Source of the DNA: Armatimonadota bacterium
GTDB lineage: Bacteria; Sysuimicrobiota; Sysuimicrobiia; Sysuimicrobiales; Humicultoraceae
DNA: 64,000 bases
NCBI GenBank assembly: GCA_037443365.1
Contig: JBBIOM010000003.1
Coordinates: forward strand, 6,942-70,941
Direction: 5' to 3'
Under the pieces are notes generated by a model, which was given only the letters and a program-made list of their open reading frames with translations, had not been told where the DNA came from and searched no databases. Made by a program: the position numbers and the translations under genes. The number at the start of each line of letters is the position of its first letter. Within the stretch, counting starts at the first letter, position 1. Of the stretch, positions 42,215 through 52,076 are shown one piece after another.

Positions 42215-43111
42215 CTAGGGCTCGACCCTGTCCCAGGCCCAGCAGAAGCCGGTCAGGGCGTCGGCGCCCGAGGTTTCGCCGATACCCAGTATCCGCCGCG
42301 CGGCCGCGCGTGCGGCGCCGGGTCCCTCACCGATCCCGCGCGCAAGCCCATGCCAGGGCGCCGAGCCCCAGCCCTGGCGAGCGGCTTCCAGGTAGGCCGC
42401 GCTGATGCGGGTGGTGCGCGGGATCGCGGCGCCGACCAGTGTGTCTCTGGCCTGAGACACCCCACCGGCCGCGCTAGCCAGGGAGGGCCACAGCGTAAGC
42501 GCGTGAACGATTCCCACGAGGAGGTCGTCCCCTGCCGGGGTCAACCCAGGCCCTCGCCCGGCCATGCGGGAGGCCACCGCGCCGGCAACCGCCCGCGCGC
42601 TGCTCTTCCCAGAAAGGAACGCGGCGATGGCTTCTAAACCGGATGACAGTTCCGGCAGGATGCCCCCCTGGGCGCCCAGGTTCGATCGAGGCGCGTCGGA
42701 GCCAAGTTCCGCACGGACCGCGGCACGCGCGCACTTCACCAGCCCCGGCGCGAGGTCCTGGCGCAGGGGAGGAAGGGCCGGATCCCAGACGCGCGCGCTC
42801 CCAAGATCCACCGCGCCCTGTCCGATCCGCAGCCTGCCGTCCCCCAGCGAGACCGGTTCGCCTGGGGCGATCGGACCCAGCGATGAGAATCCATCCACAC
42901 CGATCGTGAACGGCGCTGGCTCGAGATCACTCGATGTCAGCGCGAGGATTCGGCCGTCCAGATCCAGGTAGGCGCTCCGCTCGAACGCGGCCAACACTAC
43001 TCCGGCCGCGCTGGACGCCCGGAGGCCCTCCAGCGGCGCGGCGATGAGCCCGGCACGAATTGCGCGGGTGGCTGCGATGTGCGCAACGACGGGCGATCGT
43101 GATGGGGTCAT
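42215..43111 (-). CDS. ylbF: DUF2877 protein (YlbF/AllH)
   Basis: GRGPGLTPAGDDLLVG, TTRISAAYL, IGETSGAD; ATGA-type overlap with coxS. Confidence 0.88.
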   Translation of the reverse strand: MTPSRSPVVAHIAATRAIRAGLIAAPLEGLRASSAAGVVLAAFERSAYLDLDGRILALTSSDLEPAPFTIGVDGFSSLGPIAPGEPVSLGDGRLRIGQGAVDLGSARVWDPALPPLRQDLAPGLVKCARAAVRAELGSDAPRSNLGAQGGILPELSSGLEAIAAFLSGKSSARAVAGAVASRMAGRGPGLTPAGDDLLVGIVHALTLWPSLASAAGGVSQARDTLVGAAIPRTTRISAAYLEAARQGWGSAPWHGLARGIGEGPGAARAAARRILGIGETSGADALTGFCWAWDRVEP

Positions 43112-43644
43112 TCCACTCCTGTGGCCTTCACCGCCTCCACGATCGCCGCGTATCCCGTGCACCGGCACAGATGCCCGCCGAGCACTTCTCGTATGGCCGC
43201 ATCGGAAGGCCGGGGTGTGCTTTGCAGGAGCGCGTGCATGCTCATAAGTACCCCGGGTGTGCAGAACCCGCACTGCAGCGCGTGGTGTTGCGCAAACGAC
43301 TGCTGCAGGGGGGAAAGCGCGTTGGGCTCGCCCAGCGCCTCGACCGTGGTGACCTCAGCGCCGTCGGCCTGCACCGCGAACAGCAGGCACGACCTGACCG
43401 GCGCTCCATCCAGCAGCACTGTGCAGGCCCCGCAGACGCCGTGCTCGCACCCCAGGTGCGTCCCGGTCAGGCCCAGATCCTCGCGCAGGAAGTCGGCCAG
43501 GGTGCGCCGCACCTCCACCGTCCTTGAGACCTCGCTTCCGTTGACGCGTAGCCGGATCGTTGCCTGGCCGGCCGGTGCCCTGCGCCGCGCGCGGGGCCGC
43601 GTCTTGCGAGGGGTGGTGATTCCTTCAGAGGGGTTGCTGCTCAT
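43108..43644 (-). CDS. Mo-hydroxylase (2Fe-2S) small subunit
   Basis: [28 protein letters not shown]. Confidence 0.93.
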   Translation of the reverse strand: MSSNPSEGITTPRKTRPRARRRAPAGQATIRLRVNGSEVSRTVEVRRTLADFLREDLGLTGTHLGCEHGVCGACTVLLDGAPVRSCLLFAVQADGAEVTTVEALGEPNALSPLQQSFAQHHALQCGFCTPGVLMSMHALLQSTPRPSDAAIREVLGGHLCRCTGYAAIVEAVKATGVE

Positions 43645-44519
43645 CGTCGTTGCTCCCGGATACGCCCGGCTGCCTGCATGATGGCCCGGCCTGCCAGCAC
43701 GCCGGCGACATGTCGCCTGTAGGCCGCAGTCGCGTGTATGTCAGAGGGAGGATCGAGCCGGTGCTGCGCCGCGCGCATCGCCTCGGCCACGCTTGCTTCG
43801 GTAACCTCCTTGCCCAGGAGCGCCTGCTCGGCCTCGGGCACGCGGACCGGCCCCGGCCCCACTCCTGTGAAGACGAGGCGGGCGCTGCTACACCGCCGGT
43901 CGCCGTCCTGCTCCAGGACTGCGGCCACGCCCGCAAGGGCGAAGTCACCGTGTCGCCTGGCGATCTCGAGAAAGGCCCACCCCGCGCCCGGCGTGAGCGC
44001 GGGCAGGCGCACCTCGGTCAGCAATTCGTCGGGTTCCAGGGCGGTGGTCAGATAGCCCGCGAAGAACTGCTCGCAGTCAAGCACACGTTCCCCGCGTACG
44101 CTGGCAAGCACGAAGCGCGCGTCCAGGGCCGCCGCCGCGGCGGGCAACTCCGAGGAGGGGTCGGCGTGCGCCAGGCTTCCGCCGATCGTGCCGCGCGCGC
44201 GGATCTGCGGGTGTCCGATGCATCGCGTGGCCTCGGCCAGCAGGGGGATCCGCCGGGCGACGCCGCGGTGGGTCTCCACCGTCTGCTGGCGCGTCATCGC
44301 GCCGATCGCAAGCCCCCCTTCGAAGGGGCGGATGAAGGCCAGGTCCCTTATCCGGTTCAGATCCACGATCACCGCCGGGCGCGCCAGGCGCATCGCCAGC
44401 AGCGGCACAAGGCTCTGCCCGCCTGCCAGCGCCTTTGCTTCTGTGCCGAACTCGGCCAGGGCCTCCAGCGCCTCCAGGCGTCGCCGGGGCGCCAGGTACT
44501 CGAAGGGTCCGGGCTTCAC
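43641..44519 (-). CDS. Mo-hydroxylase FAD-binding medium subunit
   Basis: AGGQSL, GTIGGSLAHADP, RRHGDFA, DIHATAAYR. Confidence 0.93.
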   Translation of the reverse strand: MKPGPFEYLAPRRRLEALEALAEFGTEAKALAGGQSLVPLLAMRLARPAVIVDLNRIRDLAFIRPFEGGLAIGAMTRQQTVETHRGVARRIPLLAEATRCIGHPQIRARGTIGGSLAHADPSSELPAAAAALDARFVLASVRGERVLDCEQFFAGYLTTALEPDELLTEVRLPALTPGAGWAFLEIARRHGDFALAGVAAVLEQDGDRRCSSARLVFTGVGPGPVRVPEAEQALLGKEVTEASVAEAMRAAQHRLDPPSDIHATAAYRRHVAGVLAGRAIMQAAGRIREQRR

Positions 44520-46864
44520 GATGGCACGCTCCGATCTCCTGCCTGGGAGCCTGTTTCCTGCAGCAACTCCAGCAATCGCGTGTGCGAAAGGGGCATCTGG
44601 GCCACTCGCGTCCCCAGCGCATCGTCCAGGGCCGAGGCGAACACCGCTGTCGCCGGGATCACGCCGGCCTCGCCGGCGCCCTTCACGCCCAGCGGGTTAA
44701 GCGGGGAAGGGGTCTCCACGTGCCCTATCTCGGCCTTCGGGACCTCGGCCGCGGTCGGCAGCAGGTAGTCCATGAAGGTCTGCGTCAGGAGCTGGCCGTC
44801 CTCGTCATACACCAGGGCCTCGTAGAAGGCGCCGCCGATGCCCTGGGCCACGCCGCCCTGGATCTGCCCGTCCAGGATCATCGGGTTGATCACGGTGCCG
44901 CAGTCGTGGACGACAACGTACCGCTCGACGCGCACCGCTCCCGTATCCCTGTCGACCTCAAGGATCGCGGCGTGACACCCGCCGGCGAAGCTGCCCCGCG
45001 GCGGCGCGAAGTAGCGCGCGGCCTCCAGCCCCGGTCCTTCCCATTCCTTCGGGATGGTTCCGCGGAGCGGGTTGGCGGCCGTCGCGACCTCGCCCAGCGT
45101 AACCGATCGCGCAGGGGCTCCGCGCACGAAGATCTTCCCATCGGCAATCTCGAGGTCGTCGGGCCCCGCTTCCAGCAACCCCGAGGCAACCATGAGCGTC
45201 TTCTCGCGCACGGCCCTGGCCGCCAGCGCCACCGCGCTGCCCGCCACGACCGCAGAGCGGCTCGCGAATGTTCCGGTGCCCCACCCGAAGGCCGCGGTGT
45301 CGCCTGTAGTGACGGTGACGTCGCGCACATCCACGCCCAGGGCGTCCGCGATTATCTGCGCGAACACGGTGAAGTGCCCCTGGCCCTGTGTGCCTACGCT
45401 CGTGGCCGCGAACACCTTGCCCGTTGACTCGACCGTGACGCGGCACCCCTCGTACGGGCCGATGCCGGTGCCCTCCACGTAGAGCGCCAGCCCCAGCCCA
45501 AGGGTGCGGCCTGCCCTGCGCGCCGCGGCCTGGCGCTCTGGCCAACCCGCGTAGTCAATCATCTCGAGGGTCTTGTCGAGCACGGCCGGGTAGTTGCCGC
45601 TGTCGTAGATGAGCGGCGCGTTGTCCTGGTAGATCAGCCCGGTATCGTAGGGGAACTCATGCGGCTGGATCAGGTTGCGGCGGCGCACCTCCGCGCGGTC
45701 TATGCCCAGTTCGCGCGCCACCCGGTCCATCAGGCGCTCCATGATGAAGACGCCGTGAGGCCGCCCGGCCCCGCGGTAGGGGCTCACCTGGGTCTTGTTA
45801 GTGAATACCGCCCGGAACTCGCAGTGGTAGTTGGGGATCTTGTACGGGCCAACCAGGGTGGTGCTGGCGACGATGGGTACGATCAGGCCGTAGGCGATGT
45901 AGGCGCCGGCGTCGTGCAGGAAGACCGTTCGTACGCCCAGGATCCGGCCCTCGCCGTCCACGGCGATCTGTACGTCGTGGATCTGCTCGCGCTCCTGGTT
46001 CGTGGCCACGAAGTTCTCACGCCTGTCCTCGATCCACTTGACGGGCCGGCCCAGGCGCATCGCGGCAAGCGGCACCAGGATCTCCTCGGGGTAGAACATC
46101 ATTATCTTGGGCCCGAACCCACCGCCCACGTCGGGCGCAACCACGCGCACGTTGTTCTGGGGCAGGCCGAACAGCCGCGCCAGCCCGTTGCGTATCGGGA
46201 TGGGCGACTGCGTCGAGTCGTAGATGACCAGATTGCGCAGGCGCCCGTCCCATATCGCCAGGATCCCGCGCGTCTCCATGGAGGCGGCCGTGCCGCGGTC
46301 CATGCGGATCCTCTCGGAGAAGACGTGCGGGGCACACGCGAAGGCACCCTCGGGGTCGCCCACCCGCTGGGTGTAGTGCGCGGCCACGTTGGTCCCGGCG
46401 TCCTCGTGGACCAGCGGGCTCTCGGGCCTGATGGCGGCCTCGAGGTCCACAACGGCCGGAAGCGGCTCGTACTCCACCTCGATGGCCTCCAGGGCGTCCT
46501 CGGCCAGGTAGCGGCTCTCGGCCACCACGAACGCCACGGGCTCGCCGACATGGCGGACGACCTCCCCGGCCAGGGCGACCTGGGTCTTGTGGTGGATCAG
46601 TGTCGGGTGGGGAATGAGCCTAGGCAGCGGATCCCCGAGCGGCGGCGGGAGGTCGGCGCGCGTGTAGACCGCGACGACCCCGGGGATAGCCCGGGCACCG
46701 GAGGCGTCAATGCGCACGATCCTGGCGCGGGCGTGCGGACTTCGGAGCACCGCCCCGTGCAGCAGGTTGGGCGGCTGGATGTCGTCCACGAAGGTGCCCC
46801 TGCCCGTCAGCAGCCGGGGGTCCTCGACCCTCCGGACGCGCTCGCCGAACCACCGCGTCCCCAT
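44516..46864 (-). CDS. Mo-hydroxylase molybdopterin large subunit (form II CoxL-like)
   Basis: RVEDPRLLTG, VGGGFG, PYRGAGR loop, QGQGH, GVKGAGE catalytic Glu; start moved to ATG 46864. Confidence 0.93.
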   Translation of the reverse strand: MGTRWFGERVRRVEDPRLLTGRGTFVDDIQPPNLLHGAVLRSPHARARIVRIDASGARAIPGVVAVYTRADLPPPLGDPLPRLIPHPTLIHHKTQVALAGEVVRHVGEPVAFVVAESRYLAEDALEAIEVEYEPLPAVVDLEAAIRPESPLVHEDAGTNVAAHYTQRVGDPEGAFACAPHVFSERIRMDRGTAASMETRGILAIWDGRLRNLVIYDSTQSPIPIRNGLARLFGLPQNNVRVVAPDVGGGFGPKIMMFYPEEILVPLAAMRLGRPVKWIEDRRENFVATNQEREQIHDVQIAVDGEGRILGVRTVFLHDAGAYIAYGLIVPIVASTTLVGPYKIPNYHCEFRAVFTNKTQVSPYRGAGRPHGVFIMERLMDRVARELGIDRAEVRRRNLIQPHEFPYDTGLIYQDNAPLIYDSGNYPAVLDKTLEMIDYAGWPERQAAARRAGRTLGLGLALYVEGTGIGPYEGCRVTVESTGKVFAATSVGTQGQGHFTVFAQIIADALGVDVRDVTVTTGDTAAFGWGTGTFASRSAVVAGSAVALAARAVREKTLMVASGLLEAGPDDLEIADGKIFVRGAPARSVTLGEVATAANPLRGTIPKEWEGPGLEAARYFAPPRGSFAGGCHAAILEVDRDTGAVRVERYVVVHDCGTVINPMILDGQIQGGVAQGIGGAFYEALVYDEDGQLLTQTFMDYLLPTAAEVPKAEIGHVETPSPLNPLGVKGAGEAGVIPATAVFASALDDALGTRVAQMPLSHTRLLELLQETGSQAGDRSVPS

Positions 46865-47051
46865 CGAGTGCGCCTCCAACACCACGGCCCATCCGATGTC
46901 TGGGACCGCCGTGGGAAGTCGAGCCGTGGGATCATTAGTCTCTTCGCGCCGGGCGCCGGGCGCTCCTGCCCACCGCGGCCGCCCGCCGCCGCAAAGGACA
47001 CGCCGGGCGCCCGACGAACCTAGGGAGGAAGGCCTCTTGGAGGTGACGGCG

Positions 47052-47720
47052 GTGGCAAGAGCGATGAAGTTCATCTTCGGGCACAGCAAGGAGGGGGAGG
47101 TCCGGGATCTCCTTCTGCGACACCTCGACAAGGTCGGCGAGTGCGTGGCGCGGGCCCGAGCCGTCATGGACGACTACCTGGCCGGCCGGGTCGAAGAGGC
47201 CAAGTCCGGGGCTGTTGACGTGGATCACCTGGAGACCGACGCCGACTACATGCGGCGCTCGGTGGTGGACCTGCTCTATCGGGGGGCTTTCCTGCCGATC
47301 TTCCGGTCCGACATACACGAGTTCGTCGAGCGGATGGACATGATAAGCGACGCCGCCGAGGACATGTGCGACTTCCTGCTGGGCCAGCGCCCCGAGATCC
47401 CCGGGGAATACGCGGAGCACATCCGGCACATCCTGGAGCACACCCAGGTGGCCTACGGGGCCCTGCACGATGCGGTGACCAACTTCTTCACCACTCCTGA
47501 TCAGCGCGTGATTCGCGAGAACCTGACCAGACTCGGTGTGACCGAGTCACTGATTGACGACATCGAGTGGAAGATGACCCGTCAGATCTTCACCTCGGGC
47601 CTCCCCCTGGCCGCCAGGACCCACCTGAAGCAGTTCCTTGAGACGCTGACAGAGATGTCCGACAGGATGGAAGACGCGGGTGACCGTCTCGAGGCGCTGA
47701 TCATCGGCCTGAAGATCTAG
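47052..47720 (+). CDS. DUF47 (PhoU-like) phosphate-transport regulator
   Basis: LETDAD, GAFLPIFRSD, MDMISDAAED, DRMED; GGAGGTG SD (alternative ATG 47064). Confidence 0.85.
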   Translation: MARAMKFIFGHSKEGEVRDLLLRHLDKVGECVARARAVMDDYLAGRVEEAKSGAVDVDHLETDADYMRRSVVDLLYRGAFLPIFRSDIHEFVERMDMISDAAEDMCDFLLGQRPEIPGEYAEHIRHILEHTQVAYGALHDAVTNFFTTPDQRVIRENLTRLGVTESLIDDIEWKMTRQIFTSGLPLAARTHLKQFLETLTEMSDRMEDAGDRLEALIIGLKI

Positions 47721-47722
47721 AC

Positions 47723-48658
47723 ATGATCGCACTGCTGCCCGCCCTCTATCTCGGTTGGGGGATAGGGGCCAACGACGCCGCCAACACCTTTGGCCCCCAG
47801 ATAGGTGCCAACATCATCTCCTACCGACGCGCGGTGGTCATGGCCGCGATCTTCGCCTTCCTGGGCGCGGTCGTGGAGGGCGAGAAGGTCTTCCCGACAC
47901 TGGGTCGCCTCACGAGCCTGACGCTCGAGATGAGCATCATCGCCGCCCTGGCGGCCGGCATCGCGACGAACGTCATGACGAAGTTCGGGCTGCCCATCTC
48001 GACCTCGCACTCCATCTTCGGCGCGCTGATCGCCGCGGGGCTGTACACCGGGAGGTCGCTCGATCAGGCAATCGTTGCGCGCATGGTCGCCTCGATGATG
48101 GCCGCGCCCGTGGGGGCAGGCCTGGGCGCTTATCTTCTCCATCGGCTGCTCGCCGCCTCAGCGGCGGGAAAGATCGGCAGGGGGCTGATCTTCGGGCGAG
48201 CCGTGCGCTACCTTGCGGTGCTGGTGGGATGCTACGCCGCGTACGCGCTGGGCTCCAACAACGTCGGCAACGCGATGGCCCCGTTTGTGGCCGTCGGTCT
48301 GGTCAGCCCAGCAGCCGGCGCCGCCTTGGGCGGCCTGGCGATAGCCGTCGGGGTGCTAACCTACAGCCGGAACGTCATCATGCTCGTCGGCAAACAGATT
48401 ACGGCGCTGGATCCGATCACGGCCCTGGTGGCGGCGACGGCCACCGCCGTCACGGTCCACCTGTTCACCCAGCTTCGGATCCCGGTTTCAACGTCGCAGG
48501 CGATCGTTGGCGCGGTGGTCGGCGTGGGGCTCACCAAGGGGATGCTGGCGGTCAACCGCCGGATGTTCTGGTTGGTTCCGGCCGGATGGGTCATAAGCAT
48601 CGCTGGCGCGGGGGTCATGGGCTACCTGTTGATGGCGGTGCTGACGCTGTGGCGGTGA
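47723..48658 (+). CDS. PiT-family anion transporter, copy 1
   Basis: GANDAAN, LPISTSH, GSNNVGN, IPVSTSQ. Confidence 0.9.
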   Translation: MIALLPALYLGWGIGANDAANTFGPQIGANIISYRRAVVMAAIFAFLGAVVEGEKVFPTLGRLTSLTLEMSIIAALAAGIATNVMTKFGLPISTSHSIFGALIAAGLYTGRSLDQAIVARMVASMMAAPVGAGLGAYLLHRLLAASAAGKIGRGLIFGRAVRYLAVLVGCYAAYALGSNNVGNAMAPFVAVGLVSPAAGAALGGLAIAVGVLTYSRNVIMLVGKQITALDPITALVAATATAVTVHLFTQLRIPVSTSQAIVGAVVGVGLTKGMLAVNRRMFWLVPAGWVISIAGAGVMGYLLMAVLTLWR

Positions 48659-48662
48659 GCGC

Positions 48663-49598
48663 GTGCTGATCCTTCTCCCAGCCTTCTACCTCGGATGGGG
48701 AATAGGGGCCAACGACACAGCCAACGCCTTCGGGCCACAGGTGGGAGCCGGCGCCGTCACCCTGCGCCGGGCCGCCGTCCTCACGGCGCTCTTCGGCTTC
48801 CTGGGCGCCCTGCTCGAGGGGCGGAAGATCTTTCCCACCCTTGGCGGGCTAACGAATCTATCCCTAGAGATGAGCGTGATGGCCACCCTGGCGGCTGCCA
48901 TCAACGTGAACGCGATGACCCGGCTCGGGATGCCGATCTCGACGTCGCACTCCATCGTTGGCGCACTGATCGGCGTGGGCCTCGCCCAGCAGGCAGGATT
49001 CAACACGGGGATAGTGTTGAAGGTCGCCACCGCGATGCTGGCGACGCCGATAGGGTCCGCCGTCATCGCCTACCTGATCTACAGGGCGATCGCGGCCCTG
49101 GCCGCGGGACGGTTGGGGAACATGCTGGCCTTCCAGCGCTCGGTGCGCTACTCCGCGGTCGTGGTTGGCTGCTACGCGGCCTACGCCATGGGCGCCAACA
49201 ACGTCGGCAATGCCATGGCGCCGTACGTGGCCGTGGGCCTGATCGGCGCCTCGCCCGGCGCGGCCCTGGGTGGCGTGGCCATCGCGCTCGGCGTGCTGAC
49301 CTATAGCCGCCGCGTCATCATGACGGTCGGGAAGCAGATTACGGCGCTGGACCCGACATCCGCGCTGGTGGCCACGATGGCCACGGCGATCACTATTCAC
49401 CTGTTCACCGAGCTCGGCATACCCGTGTCCACCTCGCAGGCGATCGTCGGAGCGGTGGTCGGTGTGGGGCTCACCAAGGGGGTCACGGCGCTCAACCGCC
49501 GAACCCTGATGGTGATACCGGGCGGATGGGTTGTCAGCGTCCTCGGCTCGGGAGTTGCGGCCTGGCTCATGATTTCGGGCTACCGCTTGCTTCGGTGA
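48663..49598 (+). CDS. PiT-family anion transporter, copy 2
   Basis: GANDTAN, MPISTSH, GANNVGN, IPVSTSQ. Confidence 0.9.
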   Translation: MLILLPAFYLGWGIGANDTANAFGPQVGAGAVTLRRAAVLTALFGFLGALLEGRKIFPTLGGLTNLSLEMSVMATLAAAINVNAMTRLGMPISTSHSIVGALIGVGLAQQAGFNTGIVLKVATAMLATPIGSAVIAYLIYRAIAALAAGRLGNMLAFQRSVRYSAVVVGCYAAYAMGANNVGNAMAPYVAVGLIGASPGAALGGVAIALGVLTYSRRVIMTVGKQITALDPTSALVATMATAITIHLFTELGIPVSTSQAIVGAVVGVGLTKGVTALNRRTLMVIPGGWVVSVLGSGVAAWLMISGYRLLR

Positions 49599-49614
49599 TG
49601 CGGGAGGGGCTTCG

Positions 49615-50586
49615 ATGCGCAGCGTGGTGGTGATGACGACAGGCGGCACGATCTCGACCCGGGACAGGGACGGCCGCGGGGCAACGCCCACCCTGCGCGG
49701 GGCCGATTTCCTGCGTGAGATTCCGGGGCTCGACGTAGTTGCCTCGGTGGAGGTGGAGGAGTTCGCCCTCATCCCGGGCGCGTACATGACGCTCGCCCGG
49801 ATCCTGGAGATGAGCCGCCGCGCATCGGAGATAGTCGCGCGCCAGGACGTTTCGGGGCTGGTCATAACGCACGGGACCGACACGCTGGAAGAGTCGGCCT
49901 ACTACCTGCACCTGACGGTGGCCGGCGATACCCCGGTGGTCTTCACCGGGGCGATGCGCAACGCATCGCAGATCGGATTCGACGGCTACCGCAACCTCTA
50001 CGACGCGATCCGCACTGCGGCCTCACCCGAGGCGCGTGGGCGCGGCGTGCTGGTGGTGCTCAACGAGGAGGTCCACTCGGCGCGGTGGGTTACCAAGACC
50101 AGCGGGCAGAAGGAGGACACCTACAAGTCGCCGTTGACCGGCCCGGTGGGCATCGCGTACGGAGACCGGATAGCGTTCGTCGCCGCGCCGCACCCGCGGC
50201 GCGTCTTGCCCAACGCCATGGAACCCAGGGTGGACCTGATCCGCCTGGCGGTGGACGCCGATGATCGGTTCCTGCGCTGCAGCCTGGGGAGCGGCTCGCG
50301 GGGGATCGTGATCGAGGCCTTTGGCGGCGGCCGCGTGCCGCCCAGGCTGCTGCCGGCCATCGGCGACGCGCTGGGTGCCGGTGTCCCGGTGGTCGTCACG
50401 ACGCGCTGCCACAGCGGCGAGATGTGGGACGCCTACGGATACGAGGGCGCGTTTCGTGATCTCGCCGCGCGGGGGGTGTTCTTCGTGCACGACCTGCCCG
50501 GGCACAAGGCCCGCCTGAAACTCGCGGTGGGGCTGGGCAACGGCCTTGGCGGGGAGGCGCTGCGCGGCTACCTGGCGGAGGCCTGA
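49615..50586 (+). CDS. L-asparaginase (cytoplasmic)
   Basis: TTGGTIS, HGTDTLEE, TGAMR, KARLKL. Confidence 0.9.
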   Translation: MRSVVVMTTGGTISTRDRDGRGATPTLRGADFLREIPGLDVVASVEVEEFALIPGAYMTLARILEMSRRASEIVARQDVSGLVITHGTDTLEESAYYLHLTVAGDTPVVFTGAMRNASQIGFDGYRNLYDAIRTAASPEARGRGVLVVLNEEVHSARWVTKTSGQKEDTYKSPLTGPVGIAYGDRIAFVAAPHPRRVLPNAMEPRVDLIRLAVDADDRFLRCSLGSGSRGIVIEAFGGGRVPPRLLPAIGDALGAGVPVVVTTRCHSGEMWDAYGYEGAFRDLAARGVFFVHDLPGHKARLKLAVGLGNGLGGEALRGYLAEA

Positions 50587-50596
50587 GGGGCCGAAA

Positions 50597-50626
50597 TTGA
50601 CACTCCGAATCCGACCTTCTTATAAT
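50597..50626 (+). promoter_or_regulatory. Consensus sigma70 promoter
   Basis: TTGACA (50597-50602), 18-nt spacer, TATAAT (50621-50626), upstream of coxG. Confidence 0.85.
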
Positions 50627-50700
50627 GAAAGATGGCACGGCGGGCGCTGCGGGCTAAGTGGCCCCCAGCCTCCGCCGGTCTCTCTTCCTGGAGGGCGAAC

Positions 50701-51162
50701 ATGAAGATAGAAGGCGAGCATCTCCTGCCGGCCGGGCGCGACCGGGTGTGGGCCGCGCTCAACGACCCCGAAGTGCTGGCCAGGACCGTCCCAGGGCTCA
50801 AGCAGCTCGCGCCTACTGGCAACGACACCTACGACGCCACGATCGAGCTTTCCATTGGACCGGTGCACAGCACCTACCAGGGGCGCGCCCGAATCACCGA
50901 CAAGAACTACCCGGAGAAGATGACCCTGACCGTGGAGGGGGGAGGACGGCCCGGAACGATCAAGGCCGCGGGCACCCTGATGCTGGAGGCCCGCGATGCG
51001 GCGACGTTCGTGAGCTATACAGGGGACGTGCAGATGACCGGGATTCTGATGAGCGTCGGCCACCGCCTGTTCGGCGGCGTGGCGAAGCAACTGGCCGGCG
51101 TGTTCTTCAAGGCGCTGGAGCGCGAGGTGCGCCAGGGCGCGGACGAGGAGCCCGCCGGATGA
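50701..51162 (+). CDS. coxG: CoxG-like SRPBCC protein
   Basis: VWAALNDPEVLARTVPG, SVGHRL, FFKAL; GGAGGG SD. Confidence 0.88.
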   Translation: MKIEGEHLLPAGRDRVWAALNDPEVLARTVPGLKQLAPTGNDTYDATIELSIGPVHSTYQGRARITDKNYPEKMTLTVEGGGRPGTIKAAGTLMLEARDAATFVSYTGDVQMTGILMSVGHRLFGGVAKQLAGVFFKALEREVRQGADEEPAG

Positions 51163-52061
51163 TACCGGCCGCCTTCGCCTATCACCGGCCTCGCACGGTG
51201 CGGGCGGCCCTGCGGCTCTTGCAACGCCACGGCCCGGACGCCAAGGTGTTGGCCGGCGGGCAAAGTCTGCTTCCCATGATGAAACTGCGGGTAGCAACCC
51301 CGGCACACCTGATAGACATCGGGCGCGCGGCCCCACTCCGGCGCATCCGGTACAGCCGGGGCGTGCTGCGCATCGGCTCGATGGCCACGCACAGGGAGAT
51401 CGAGTCCTCGGCCGCGGTGCGCCGGTGCGCGCCGGTCCTCGCGGAGACCGCGGCGGTCATAGGCGATCTTCAGGTGCGCAACCTCGGCACGATCGGCGGA
51501 ACCCTGATGCACGCCGACCCTGTGGCGGACTACCCGGCCGCGGTGCTGGCTCTGGACGCGGAGACCGTGCTGATGGGTCCGGACGGCGCCCGGACCGTCC
51601 CGGCCGCGGAGTTCTTCACGGGGCCGATGACCACCGCGGCCAGCTGGGACGAGATCATGACGGAGATCGTGGTTCGCGCCGCACCCGCCAGGCGCGGCGC
51701 AGCGTACCTGAAGATGCCCAATCCGGCCTCTGGCCTTGCCCTGGCCGGGGTAGCGGCCGTGGTCGGGCTGGATGGGGCCGGATGCTGCGCGCACGTGCGC
51801 GTGGGCATCACGGGCGTGGCATCCGCCCCCTACCTGGCCGCAGCGGTGGAGGCGGTCCTGGCAGGCCAGGAGCCCACTGACGCGCTGCTGGATCAGGCCG
51901 CGGCATCGGCCGCGGCCGGCGTGGATGCGATCTCGGATGTACACGCCAGCGCCCAGTACAGGGCCCATCTGGCCCGCGTTCTGACGCACCGCGCCCTCGT
52001 GCTTGCCCGCGATCGGGCCCGCTCGACGCGAAGGCGCGCGCGTAGAGGGCCGCGCGCCTAG
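51159..52061 (+). CDS. Mo-hydroxylase FAD-binding medium subunit (CoxM-like)
   Basis: MIPAAFAYHRP, AGGQSLLP, QVRNLGTIGG, DVHASAQYR. Confidence 0.92.
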   Translation: MIPAAFAYHRPRTVRAALRLLQRHGPDAKVLAGGQSLLPMMKLRVATPAHLIDIGRAAPLRRIRYSRGVLRIGSMATHREIESSAAVRRCAPVLAETAAVIGDLQVRNLGTIGGTLMHADPVADYPAAVLALDAETVLMGPDGARTVPAAEFFTGPMTTAASWDEIMTEIVVRAAPARRGAAYLKMPNPASGLALAGVAAVVGLDGAGCCAHVRVGITGVASAPYLAAAVEAVLAGQEPTDALLDQAAASAAAGVDAISDVHASAQYRAHLARVLTHRALVLARDRARSTRRRARRGPRA

Positions 52062-52076
52062 TTGCCGGAGCAGGAG

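Noticed and set aside
46710-47167. Overlapping N-terminal extensions of coxL and DUF47 in the ORF track
   Set aside because: Family motifs and the DUF47 SD place the starts at 46864 (-) and about 47052 (+); the interval is a divergent promoter region.
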